The position numbers and the translations under genes were made by a program. A model generated the notes under the pieces. The model had not been told where the DNA came from, made no database searches, and saw only the letters and a program-made list of their open reading frames with translations. 64,000 nt of DNA from Candidatus Thalassarchaeaceae archaeon (GTDB taxonomy: Archaea; Thermoplasmatota; Poseidoniia; Poseidoniales; Thalassarchaeaceae), in assembly GCA_045568115.1 (NCBI GenBank), contig JBJLBO010000005.1, forward strand, positions 397,034-461,033, in the 5' to 3' direction. Positions 49,728 to 58,867 of this stretch are shown in pieces; position 1 is the first letter of the stretch, and every line of letters begins with the position of its first letter.

Positions 49728-50723
49728 TCACGAAAGAGATTCTCTCAGAAATCTACTCGCAAAATCTAGAGAGTGCTTCCTAGCACCCCAGTCAACTCCC
49801 CTGTGGACTCCCAAATTAGCTATGGCTTGGAATACAGCAAGCCTTTCTTCAGGCTCATTAAGAGGCATTTCCACACCTGGTTGAATTTCTCCAGACATAA
49901 ATCCTGTAGAATCAATTTTCACAGTCCTTTGATCATCTATACTTATTGCAGTTGGAAGGAAACTCAATGGCTCAACTGAATCAAACGAATGATGAGCACC
50001 ATCGTAGGCATGTAAAGTGATGTTAGCACCATGAGGAGAAATATCCTTCACTAACTCCTCAACCAATTTGATTGGTACCCAATCATCTTCAGTTCCGTGT
50101 AAGACAAGTACTGGTTTTTCGGACCATTTCTGAACCTCTGTTCGTAAATGTGCGGCTGGATAAAAACAAAGATGTGCTGCAAACCGCTCACCGTCTGGCG
50201 CTAATGCCTCAGCAATAGGCTCCCAAGCACCATATAGCGCTACTGAACCACCCAAACTCCATCCTGCCAGAGCAATCCGATCAGAATCAATTGAAGGATG
50301 AGTAGATAGAAGTCTCAGAGCTTGATAACAATCTGCCAGCATCATTGCATAAGTCACTTGCATCTGATCTTCAACCACGGAATAGACCTTTCTCGAATCA
50401 AATGAATGAACTCTGAACACACACATACCAGCTTCTAGCCAACGTACAATGTGCTCATGGTGGTGGCCGCCCCAATTTAGACTCCCATGAACAGCGATAA
50501 CACAAGGCATCGGCTCTTCAGAAGGAAATTCTGGAATCAATAAAGAGCCAAAGACTGGGTGTTCGGGAGCTTCATCTAATTTACATAAGATATGATGAAT
50601 CTCAAAGGGACTGGATGAAGGAAAGGTAATCGGCCCGAAGACCGCCTCTGATAGGCTCTGAGGTTTCTGCATATTACGCCATCTTGACCCAGTCATATCG
50701 TTCTTTTCTCTTATCCAGTTCAA
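49728..50723 (-). CDS. Dienelactone hydrolase family alpha/beta hydrolase
   Basis: IDSDRIALAGWSLGG, FYP, LVLHGTEDDW, YDGAHHSFD. Confidence 0.88.
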   Translation of the reverse strand: MNWIREKNDMTGSRWRNMQKPQSLSEAVFGPITFPSSSPFEIHHILCKLDEAPEHPVFGSLLIPEFPSEEPMPCVIAVHGSLNWGGHHHEHIVRWLEAGMCVFRVHSFDSRKVYSVVEDQMQVTYAMMLADCYQALRLLSTHPSIDSDRIALAGWSLGGSVALYGAWEPIAEALAPDGERFAAHLCFYPAAHLRTEVQKWSEKPVLVLHGTEDDWVPIKLVEELVKDISPHGANITLHAYDGAHHSFDSVEPLSFLPTAISIDDQRTVKIDSTGFMSGEIQPGVEMPLNEPEERLAVFQAIANLGVHRGVDWGARKHSLDFASRFLRESLS

Positions 50724-50780
50724 GAAATTACTGAGAGAATTGTGAAAAATACATCTAAATCGACGAATTAGCAGAGAAAG

Positions 50781-50858
50781 TGGTGGGCATGACAGGATTT
50801 GAACCTGTGACCTCCCGGTTATCAGCCGGGTGCTCCAGCCAAACTAAGCTACACGCCC
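50781..50858 (-). tRNA. tRNA-Ile(GAT)
   Basis: GGGCGTG-TAGCTTAG...CCCGG-CTGATAA-CCGGG-AGGTC-ACAGG-TTCAAAT-CCTGT-CATGCCC-ACCA. Confidence 0.96.
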
Positions 50859-50971
50859 TTGAGCAGAGTCGGCGAGAAGCGTCTCCATTTTGAAGGTGAC
50901 CCAGTCCTATTGAGGCAATAGCCTCGCAATCGGAGAAGTCATGAAGGACTCGCTGCTCGCCACGCTTGCAT

Positions 50972-51901
50972 ATGCCCGTTGTGAGTGGCTCTTCAGGCCG
51001 AGCGATTGGCGAGGCCTTGGCTCCACTACTAGAGATGAAATTCGTTGCACTGGAAAGCCGTCGATTCCCAGATGGAGAGGGATATGTTCGTGTTCCATAC
51101 GACTCAATAGAGGCCGTGCGCGCAGAGCCGGTGGTTTTTGTCTCAAACACTTACCCTGATTCAGGAATTTTGGAGACGATTCTGTTGCTTGAAGCAATTG
51201 GCGACGTTCGAAGAGGTAATCTGTCAAATTACAAAGGAAAGGAACCACAGAGCTTGCCAGACGTAGGAAAAGGAATCTATCTAGCGATTCCATACTATGG
51301 TTATTCACGACAAGATAAGCGATTCTCACCAGGAGAAGCAATTTCAGCTAGAGTAATCGGAGAAATGCTGGCACGTTGCTGTGACGGCATTGCAATACTC
51401 GACCTTCACGCCCCGGCAATACTTGAGAACCTCTCTGTGCCGGTGGAATTTGTCAGTGCAATGTCAGAGATCGCTGAAAGATTAACGGAAAATGTCTCAC
51501 CTGACTTTATTCTTAGTCCCGACAAGGGTGCGATTGCACGAGCGACAGAAGTGGCCAATCTGATGGGATGTGAATTTAGCTATCTAGAGAAGACTAGAAT
51601 TGATGCTCATACAATTGAACATCAACCAAAAGATTTGGATGTCAATGGCAAAGTTGTGGCAATTGTTGATGACATGATTAGTACGGGAGGTACAATTTGT
51701 CGGGCAAGTGATGCTCTTCGAAGACAGGGCGCTACCGCTGTCCATGCGGCTTGCACACATGGTTTGTTCACTGCAGGAGCAATCTCTAGACTCGCAAATC
51801 ATGTTGATGGTGTCCATAGTTCTGACTCATTACCAAACCCTCGAGCAGTTGTTAGTTCAGCTCCTGCACTCGCTCGCGGCCTTAGGAAATTGTTACAGTG
51901 A
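50972..51901 (+). CDS. prs: Ribose-phosphate pyrophosphokinase
   Basis: RFPDGEGYVR, PYYGYSRQDKRF..GE, LDLH, SPDKGA, IVDDMISTGGT. Confidence 0.95.
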   Translation: MPVVSGSSGRAIGEALAPLLEMKFVALESRRFPDGEGYVRVPYDSIEAVRAEPVVFVSNTYPDSGILETILLLEAIGDVRRGNLSNYKGKEPQSLPDVGKGIYLAIPYYGYSRQDKRFSPGEAISARVIGEMLARCCDGIAILDLHAPAILENLSVPVEFVSAMSEIAERLTENVSPDFILSPDKGAIARATEVANLMGCEFSYLEKTRIDAHTIEHQPKDLDVNGKVVAIVDDMISTGGTICRASDALRRQGATAVHAACTHGLFTAGAISRLANHVDGVHSSDSLPNPRAVVSSAPALARGLRKLLQ

Positions 51902-51936
51902 CCACGGGCATTCACTACCCTAGGTAATCCGCTGCG

Positions 51937-51943
51937 TTTATAT
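51937..51943 (+). promoter_or_regulatory. Putative TATA box of the rpl7ae operon
   Basis: TTTATAT about 45 nt upstream of the ATG, with an SD-like GAGGAGTGA in between. Confidence 0.5.
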
Positions 51944-51987
51944 CGGCCACGCCGTGCGCCGGACTACCCACATGAGGAGTGATTCCA

Positions 51988-52368
51988 ATGAGTGTACACA
52001 TAGCATACGAAACCCCGCAAGACGTTCAAGAGCAAGTCTATGAAATGGTAAAGGCCCTAGGAAAGGATGGACGAGGTTCCCTAAAGAAGGGAGCAAATGA
52101 AGTTACGAAGGCAGCTGAGCGAGGTTCTGCTCAGATGGTCATTATGGCAGAAAATGTCAACCCTGGTGAACTTCTAGCACACATACCTATGATTTGTAAG
52201 GAGAAATCAATTCCATTCATTTACGTTGAAGATCAAGCTTACTTAGCAGAAGCAGCAGGTATGCCTATTGGAACTAGAACTGCAGCTATCGCAGTGATGG
52301 ACGTCTCAAAGGACACCACAGACCGATTCAACGAAGTCAAGGGACACTTTGAGACCCTCTCTGCTTGA
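51988..52368 (+). CDS. rpl7ae: 50S ribosomal protein L7Ae (eL8)
   Basis: KKGANEVTKAAERG, MAENVNP..LLAHIPMICKEK.IPF. Confidence 0.95.
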   Translation: MSVHIAYETPQDVQEQVYEMVKALGKDGRGSLKKGANEVTKAAERGSAQMVIMAENVNPGELLAHIPMICKEKSIPFIYVEDQAYLAEAAGMPIGTRTAAIAVMDVSKDTTDRFNEVKGHFETLSA

Positions 52369-52401
52369 ATAGGCTGAATCAGTGAATACGGAGGAAGTAA
52401 A

Positions 52402-52623
52402 ATGGCAGAAGTAGATGCATGGCCCGCAGAGGTCGTTGAAATTGTTGGCCGAACCGGAATGACCGGTGAAGCTACTCAAGTCAAGGTTCGCGTCAACGAC
52501 GCACCAAACCCCCGCGACATAGGTCGCATAATTACTCGAAACGTCGTAGGTCCAGTAAGGGTCGGAGACGTACTAATGCTGAAAGATACGGGCCGCGAGG
52601 CGCGTCGACTCAGCGCTCGATGA
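52402..52623 (+). CDS. rps28e: 30S ribosomal protein S28e
   Basis: [41 protein letters not shown]. Confidence 0.96.
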   Translation: MAEVDAWPAEVVEIVGRTGMTGEATQVKVRVNDAPNPRDIGRIITRNVVGPVRVGDVLMLKDTGREARRLSAR

Positions 52624-52633
52624 GGTGTTTGAA

Positions 52634-52825
52634 ATGCCAGAGCGAAGAGTTTGCAACTTTACTCATGAAGAAATCGAGCCAGGTACTGGTATGATGTTCA
52701 TCAAGCGTGATGGAACTGTCTTTTGGTTTAAGGACAGCAAGGCACGCAAGAATATGCTGAAGCTTAAGCGCAATCCGCGCCGACTCAAGTGGACTCGCCG
52801 CTATGAGAAGGGCGGAATTAACTGA
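52634..52825 (+). CDS. rpl24e: 50S ribosomal protein L24e
   Basis: IEPGTGMMFIKRDG, KRNPRRLKWT; SD GAGGTG; canonical position after rps28e. Confidence 0.95.
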   Translation: MPERRVCNFTHEEIEPGTGMMFIKRDGTVFWFKDSKARKNMLKLKRNPRRLKWTRRYEKGGIN

Positions 52826-52863
52826 TTGAATTGTATTCTTTTCATTCAGTGTCAAACATCAGA

Positions 52864-53961
52864 TTATTTAGTCTCGATTTGATGATTTGAGATTGCTAAA
52901 TCATAGGCTCTAGCTAATGCGGAACCGTGGGTTGTTGGACTGAGTAAACTACCAACATGATTCATTAATTCCTCATCAGGATGTCTAGGAACCCCTCCCG
53001 CTCTTCTCCATTCGGTGTGAATCTTCTCAATAGCCTCAGTCCATGCTCTGATATCTGTAGGTGAAAGTAGGCAATGTTTGGGAATTATCTCATTGTGAGC
53101 TGGTAAATTTGATGCCAAAACAGGGCAACCAGCGGCCATCGCCTCTACAGGAGGGTATCCAAAACCTTCGCCTGCGCTTGGGAAGAGAAGTAATTCAGCA
53201 TGCTGGAAGGCAGCAACCAATTGCTCTTCATTCAACTTCACTTCACTACCTATGTTAATGAGATTAATATCCTGAGTTACTTCTTCGGGTAAATTATTCA
53301 GAATCTGTCTGACAAAGGATAGTCGCTTTCGAGGTTCATCACTTCCGATAGTAATAATTAGGCACTTAGAATCATCATCATATTCTGCTAATAATTCACG
53401 TGGTTGAGGATTTTTCTCCGGACTCCAGTAATCAACCTCAACTTGATTACGAACAAGAGCAACTGGTTTGTCAGGGAACTCTTTGACGACCTCCCTAAGT
53501 GTCATATCAGAGATGCAGATTAACAAATCAGCTCGAGATAGCCCCGCTCTGAGTTTGGAAATATCTCTTCCTCGAATGATTCCGGGATTAGGTTCTCCAA
53601 CCGGAATTGGCACATCGCTACCTTCGATTAATCTTGGACAAATATTGAATAAATCATGAACGGTGACCACTACTGGGATTTCACTATTCTTTGGAACTAA
53701 ATGGGCTTGTTCTTGATCGGTGATGTGTAGAATATCCGCCTGAGTATTCATTAATTCCTCAGAAACAACCTTCGGATGTTTGAACCAACGCCTATGTAAT
53801 CGGAATATTGCTCCAAAAATAATTCCGTGCTGAATTGTTTTGATTCTTGTCCAATTTGGAACTAATGCTCTTTGCAGATTTGCTTCAATTGCTTGATGGG
53901 CACGCCCGAGCCCTGTATTAGATGGAAGGGCGGCCCCTCTGGCTAGTATCACCCGTCTCAT
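52864..53961 (-). CDS. Glycosyltransferase family 4 (GT-B)
   Basis: VVTVHDL, GSDEPRK, FPSAGEGFGYPPVEAMAAGCPVLAS. Confidence 0.9.
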   Translation of the reverse strand: MRRVILARGAALPSNTGLGRAHQAIEANLQRALVPNWTRIKTIQHGIIFGAIFRLHRRWFKHPKVVSEELMNTQADILHITDQEQAHLVPKNSEIPVVVTVHDLFNICPRLIEGSDVPIPVGEPNPGIIRGRDISKLRAGLSRADLLICISDMTLREVVKEFPDKPVALVRNQVEVDYWSPEKNPQPRELLAEYDDDSKCLIITIGSDEPRKRLSFVRQILNNLPEEVTQDINLINIGSEVKLNEEQLVAAFQHAELLLFPSAGEGFGYPPVEAMAAGCPVLASNLPAHNEIIPKHCLLSPTDIRAWTEAIEKIHTEWRRAGGVPRHPDEELMNHVGSLLSPTTHGSALARAYDLAISNHQIETK

Positions 53962-54015
53962 AACGAACTCAGCAAGGCGTATTGGACTTAAACGAAGACG
54001 GGGGATGGGTCACCA

Positions 54016-55263
54016 ATGACTGGCAAAGCCGAGGCTAGCGGCCGCAGGCGGTTGCTCGTGGCTAAGGCTACTTTCGAGGCCATGAGAGGCGCGGAGCGTG
54101 ACCTAATTCGTAACTTACCTGCATTAGCGCAAGAGTTCGATATTACTGTTGCAACGCTTCAACCAAGCAAAGAACTCAAAAATTGTGTGCGAAAACACTC
54201 AATCCCCCTCCTTTATCCAGATATTGCATGGAGACAATCTACAGGAGTCATCGCGAAAATATTGAATCGAGATTTGAAAGCATCTCAAAAATCATGGAAA
54301 GCAATTTCAGGACTTAGGGAAGTTATCAATGAAGTCGATGCAATTCACCTTGTTAGTGGCGATGGATCATTTGGATTAATACGTCACATCCCAAAAAAGA
54401 AAGCCCTCCATTTCCATATGCATGAACCTCATAGAGGGCTTTACGAAGATGTGTTACACCTAGATGTTAAAGGTGAACCAAAACGAAATATTAGGATAAC
54501 AAAGTTGGCGCTTTCAAAGGCAAAACGTGACGACTTACGAGTAATCAAAAACTTACTCAAACGCCAGAGGAGTAGAATTAGTGGTAATTCAAGTTACTGT
54601 GCTAGCCGGATTCAGGATGTGTATGGTTGTGAAGCAGACATTATTTATCCAAGTGTTGATTTCTCAGAATTTACACCAGAAGCAACCAAAGAAGAAAATG
54701 AAGAATGGATTGAACTTAACGAATTGCCAGAACCTCCATGGATTACGACCATTGGTAAATCAGGATGGGTAAAGGGAACATGGGAAACAATCTCTATGCT
54801 GACAGGAAGTGGATTAGGGCTTGTGTTAGTTGGTGGAGGAAGTTTTGAGGAACTCGAAGAATTACGTGATCATGCAGATGCTCGTGGGGTTCGATTTTGG
54901 ACCCCTCCTCGTCTTTCAAATCTACAACTAACTGGTATGATGCGACGCTCTGTTGCTGTTGTGAGTATGGCCCATGGAGAGCCATTTGGACTAACTCCCA
55001 TCGAAGCCTTTGCAGTAGGTACACCGGCACTCTTTGTTGATGAGGGCGGCTTCCGAGACAGTATAGAAGATGGAGTAAATGGACGCTTACTACCTAGAGA
55101 CAATCCTGCTGAATGGCAAGAGGCACTTAACGAGGCAATGCAAGTTGAGACTAGGAAAAGGTGGGCAAAAGCTGGGCGTGAAAAAATCGCTACAATGGAC
55201 CTTTCGTCTCAAAGTCATTCTAGACGAGTTTCAGAAGTTATTGAAGAATTACTTACAAGGTAA
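54016..55263 (+). CDS. Glycosyltransferase family 4 (GT-B)
   Basis: GGAE-like RGAERD, IIYPSVD, EPFGLTPIEAFAVGTP, EDGVNGRL. Confidence 0.9.
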   Translation: MTGKAEASGRRRLLVAKATFEAMRGAERDLIRNLPALAQEFDITVATLQPSKELKNCVRKHSIPLLYPDIAWRQSTGVIAKILNRDLKASQKSWKAISGLREVINEVDAIHLVSGDGSFGLIRHIPKKKALHFHMHEPHRGLYEDVLHLDVKGEPKRNIRITKLALSKAKRDDLRVIKNLLKRQRSRISGNSSYCASRIQDVYGCEADIIYPSVDFSEFTPEATKEENEEWIELNELPEPPWITTIGKSGWVKGTWETISMLTGSGLGLVLVGGGSFEELEELRDHADARGVRFWTPPRLSNLQLTGMMRRSVAVVSMAHGEPFGLTPIEAFAVGTPALFVDEGGFRDSIEDGVNGRLLPRDNPAEWQEALNEAMQVETRKRWAKAGREKIATMDLSSQSHSRRVSEVIEELLTR

Positions 55264-55276
55264 TTCTTTTTCTTAA

Positions 55277-56362
55277 CTAGGAAACACTACCTAGTGAATC
55301 AATAGTTATTGTTCCACCCATACCAGCATGACTAGCACAGTAATAATACATAGAATCTGGAGCATCTAATGGTACTGTGAATGTCAGTAAACCATTCGAG
55401 CCTTGATAACCAGTATAGGTCACACCATTAGTATACTCAGAACCACCACCATGTGTTCCATCACTAGTAGTTGAAACTCTTAGAGGATGATATCCATTGC
55501 TTGAATCTGATTGGTCAAATGTGTAAGTAAATCCTCTATAAAGAGTTACAGATCCATCCTGGATTCCATCTATGAAGAAATCCATAATAGGTGCAGTAAC
55601 AATCATTTCCTTAACCACGGGCATCGTTCCAGCTGGACCTTGTGCACCATCTGCACCATCTGCTCCATCAGCACCATCTGCTCCATCAGCACCATTTGTT
55701 CCATCAGCACCGTTTGCTCCATCAGCACCATCTGCTCCATCAGCACCATCTGCTCCATCTGCACCATCTGCTCCTGCGGGTCCTTGAATAAGTCCAGCAT
55801 CTATCCATTGTGAACCATCCCATACCCAAAGATGACCAGTGTCGTCAGTGATGTATCCATCTCCATTATTATTTCCTGTTGCGGGAAGGTTAGCAGACGA
55901 GGTAACGCTTCCTTGAATGACCACTGATGTTCCATCCGCCCCATTAACTCCATCCGCTCCATCCGCTCCATCCGCTCCATCAGCTCCATCAGCTCCAGCA
56001 GCTCCAGCAGCTCCAGCAGGTCCAGCAGGTCCGGCAGGTCCGGCAACGGTACTATCAGCACCATCAGTTCCATCTACTCCATCTTGGCCCGGTGGACCTG
56101 TCAAGTCAATTATCGACCAGGAACCATTAGAACAGGTTTGAAAATTAGAATCTGAAGAAACGTAGTATAATCGTCCATCCATTGTTGAATCACAGCCTGG
56201 AAGATTATTTGCAGCCAGTACTAGAAATACATTCCAGTCATCTAATTCATCTTTGGGCTCTGGTTCTGGATTATCCTCTGAACCTAAACAACCGGATAAT
56301 GCTGAGGCGATCATCAATATAGCAAGTAAAGCTGCTTTAGCAGTCAGTCTTTTTTGGGGCAT
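55277..56362 (-). CDS. Lipoprotein with two collagen-like segments and a C-terminal cupredoxin-like domain
   Basis: Signal ending ALSGC; two (G-X-Y)n tracts; C-terminal GYHPL...YYYCASHAGMGG. Start placed at MPQKR. Confidence 0.85.
   Translation of the reverse strand: MPQKRLTAKAALLAILMIASALSGCLGSEDNPEPEPKDELDDWNVFLVLAANNLPGCDSTMDGRLYYVSSDSNFQTCSNGSWSIIDLTGPPGQDGVDGTDGADSTVAGPAGPAGPAGAAGAAGADGADGADGADGADGVNGADGTSVVIQGSVTSSANLPATGNNNGDGYITDDTGHLWVWDGSQWIDAGLIQGPAGADGADGADGADGADGADGANGADGTNGADGADGADGADGADGAQGPAGTMPVVKEMIVTAPIMDFFIDGIQDGSVTLYRGFTYTFDQSDSSNGYHPLRVSTTSDGTHGGGSEYTNGVTYTGYQGSNGLLTFTVPLDAPDSMYYYCASHAGMGGTITIDSLGSVS
55622..55783 (-). repeat. 9-bp tandem coding repeat (collagen G-A-D), 18 triplets
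   Basis: Degenerate ccatc(t/a)gc(a/t) repeats on the plus strand. Confidence 0.95.
55925..56098 (-). repeat. 9-bp tandem coding repeat (collagen G-P-A/G-A-A/G-A-D) with one interruption
   Basis: Five triplets, then STVA, then 13 triplets. Confidence 0.95.
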
Positions 56363-56498
56363 ATCATTGTTGACTGTATGACGATACTTAATGAAAGTGG
56401 ATGTATTGTTTATGGTTGAGCCAAATTTGTTCTTTTTGTAAGGTGCCGGCTGTTTGTTGTTCCGTTGCATTGATGGAGGAAAGGTACGTGGTAGGGCC

Positions 56499-58565
56499 AT
56501 GCGACCCGTTGAATCAGTAGCAATAATCGGGGCCGGTAACATGGGCTCTGGGATTGCTCAGAAATCTGCTCAAGAAGAATTCATGGTTCAGATGGTCGAC
56601 CGTGAAGAAAAGTGGGTTGAAAGAGGGCACTCAATTATTGCCGAATTCTTAGACGAGGCAATTCAAAGACGGATATTTCGTGAGAAAGAAGTTGAGGATA
56701 TAAAAAATAGAATCACAGGAGTAATTGGAACTGAGAATGTCAATCCAGACACTGATTTGATTATTGAGGCTGTGTTTGAGGATTTTGACATAAAAAAGGC
56801 TGTATTTTCTACTCTAGACGAGGTATGTAATGAGCACACAATTCTAGCATCAAACACCTCTTCATTATCAGTAAATGAACTGGCTAAGGCTACAGGACGT
56901 CCAGATCGTTTTGTTGGACTACACTTCTTCTTTCACCCCGCAAAAAATCGACTAATCGAAATTATTCCGGCAGAGACTACATCTCCTGAATCCCTAGCTG
57001 CAGTAGAGCAATACTGCAAGACCATGGGTAAAGTTGTAATCGTCTGCAAGGATCGACCTGGATTTGTCGTAAATCGATTCTTTGTGCCTTGGTTGAATGA
57101 AGCTTGTTTACTGCTTGAAGAAGGAATTGCTAGCGCTGCCGCTATTGATAATGTAGCAAAGAAAGCATTCCGAATCGGCATGGGACCATTCGCCTTGATG
57201 AATTTGACTGGCCCCCCCATCGCCTTGCATTCAACTGATTACTTAGCAGAGCAACTTGACTGCCCTCGATATACTGGTGCTGCAAATTTGAGAGCAATGG
57301 TTGAAGCTGGAGAAATGTGGGAAATAGGAGATGATATCGAATGTGGTGAAGAAGCTGCAATCATCATTAGCGAGCGATTATTAGGACAAACTTTCGCAGT
57401 TTCAGCACAAATTGTCAATGAAGAAATCTGTTCTATAGAAGATGTAGACCGTGGTGCTAAGGTAGGATTAAGATGGGCTAAAGGGCCATTTGAGATTGCC
57501 AATAAGATAGGAATTGACGAGGCAGTACGAATGGCAAATTCATACGCCAATTCAGCAGGATTCCAACTTCCTGAATGGTTTGCAAATTGTACTGAACCTC
57601 TAGATTTCTCATATGTCGATACTGAAATAAATGGAAAAGTTGCAACAATCAAAATTAACCGACCTGAGGCGATGAATGCTCTGAATGAGACTGTCGTCTC
57701 ACAGTTAGGTTCAGCACTAGACTCCATCAATTCGCTGGATGAAATCTCAACAATTGTTCTCGATGGAGCGGGAAAGGCATTCGTTGCAGGAGCTGATGTC
57801 AAGTTCTTCGTTGATAAGATTCGGGCTGATTCGATTCAAGACATCTATGATTTCACCGCACATGGCCACGAGGTATTGGCAAAATTAGAGAACTCTGACA
57901 AGACTACTATTGCTTTGACGACCGGACTTGCTCTAGGAGGTGGACTAGAATTAGCCCTCTCATGTGACTACCGAATCGGAACCCGCCGCAGCCAGTTTAG
58001 ATTTCCAGAAACTAGCATAGGGATTTATCCTGGACTCGGAGGAACACAGAGAACTCCACGTATCTGTGGCATAGAGGCTGCAAGATTTGCTGTTCTAGCA
58101 GGTAACTTCCTCGATGCAAAGAGTGCTGCAGCTCTAGGAATATTGACTCATCTAGTTGAACCTGCAAATGTAAATTCAACTATCACTGAAATTACAGCAT
58201 CTGGAAAACCCAATCAGAAATATCAGGCTACCCCAGTAGATCCATCACACCCCGCTGCTGCCTTTGCTCTCGCATTCTATTGTGACGAAAACATGGCGGC
58301 ACTATCCAATGGAAACTGTCCAGACGGTTTTGATGCCGAGGATAAAATGGTCAGCAGACAACTGAAGGCTCTATCACGCACTGCACCAATTGCACTCGCT
58401 ATGGCAAGTCAACTTCTGAATGAATCTGTAATAACTGGCGATGATTTAGAATCCGGCCTGAGCCTAGAACTTCAACGTCTGAATGACATCTTCTCTACTG
58501 CTGACGCATTAGAAGGACTTTCGGCACTAATCGAAGGCCGAAGGCCGAATTACACAAACTCTTGA
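56499..58565 (+). CDS. Fused 3-hydroxyacyl-CoA dehydrogenase / enoyl-CoA hydratase (HAD at the N-terminus)
   Basis: IIGAGNMGSGIA, ILASNTSSL, GLHFFFHP, PGFVVNR; then INRPEAMNAL, AFVAGAD, GGGLELALSCD, PGLGGTQR. Confidence 0.95.
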   Translation: MRPVESVAIIGAGNMGSGIAQKSAQEEFMVQMVDREEKWVERGHSIIAEFLDEAIQRRIFREKEVEDIKNRITGVIGTENVNPDTDLIIEAVFEDFDIKKAVFSTLDEVCNEHTILASNTSSLSVNELAKATGRPDRFVGLHFFFHPAKNRLIEIIPAETTSPESLAAVEQYCKTMGKVVIVCKDRPGFVVNRFFVPWLNEACLLLEEGIASAAAIDNVAKKAFRIGMGPFALMNLTGPPIALHSTDYLAEQLDCPRYTGAANLRAMVEAGEMWEIGDDIECGEEAAIIISERLLGQTFAVSAQIVNEEICSIEDVDRGAKVGLRWAKGPFEIANKIGIDEAVRMANSYANSAGFQLPEWFANCTEPLDFSYVDTEINGKVATIKINRPEAMNALNETVVSQLGSALDSINSLDEISTIVLDGAGKAFVAGADVKFFVDKIRADSIQDIYDFTAHGHEVLAKLENSDKTTIALTTGLALGGGLELALSCDYRIGTRRSQFRFPETSIGIYPGLGGTQRTPRICGIEAARFAVLAGNFLDAKSAAALGILTHLVEPANVNSTITEITASGKPNQKYQATPVDPSHPAAAFALAFYCDENMAALSNGNCPDGFDAEDKMVSRQLKALSRTAPIALAMASQLLNESVITGDDLESGLSLELQRLNDIFSTADALEGLSALIEGRRPNYTNS

Positions 58566-58574
58566 GTGCTAGAA

Positions 58575-58661
58575 TCACCGTCTTGGAGACTGATTCCAAG
58601 CCGGTGCTCGAACCTCAGCCATTCCACGGACAATTAGTGAAATTATGCTCTTGAAGTTCAC
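58575..58661 (-). CDS. Uncalled 28-aa peptide (MNFKSIISLIVRGMAEVRAPAWNQSPRR)
   Basis: GTG start overlaps the upstream TGA (GTGA) and is preceded by GAGGTG. Confidence 0.4.
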   Translation of the reverse strand: MNFKSIISLIVRGMAEVRAPAWNQSPRR

Positions 58662-58726
58662 ACAACCACCTCGTCCTTCCAGTTTTTCATTAGCTCTTCA
58701 ACCCAGTCCTCTAGCCAAGCGTCCAT
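58658..58726 (-). CDS. Uncalled 22-aa peptide (MDAWLEDWVEELMKNWKDEVVV)
   Basis: GGAGAGG-AAAAA-ATG; amphipathic helical pattern with regularly spaced Trp. Confidence 0.55.
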   Translation of the reverse strand: MDAWLEDWVEELMKNWKDEVVV

Positions 58727-58737
58727 TTTTTCCTCTC

Positions 58738-58774
58738 CAGTGTAATATTACAACTCGGTGTAATTTTCACACTG
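58738..58774. promoter_or_regulatory. Palindromic operator or 5'-UTR hairpin
   Basis: Perfect palindrome TGTAATATTACA (58741-58752), a second TGTAAT half-site, and flanking CAGTGT/ACACTG arms. Confidence 0.55.
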
Positions 58775-58867
58775 AGCCACCAACCACTCCTATTTGAATA
58801 GGCAGGTTTTACTGCTAGCACCGAGGTGCATTTTATACACCAGATAGGTTGTGCGTAACCTGTTCAC

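Noticed and set aside
50755-51341. Minus-strand ORFs 50755-51150 and 50907-51341
   Set aside because: They overlap tRNA-Ile and prs and show no protein-like features.
55622-56098. Tandem repeats as a possible CRISPR array, and repetitive antisense ORFs (55511-55813, 55572-55787, 55917-56141)
   Set aside because: The period is 9 bp with no spacers and encodes collagen G-X-Y; the other frames are shadows.
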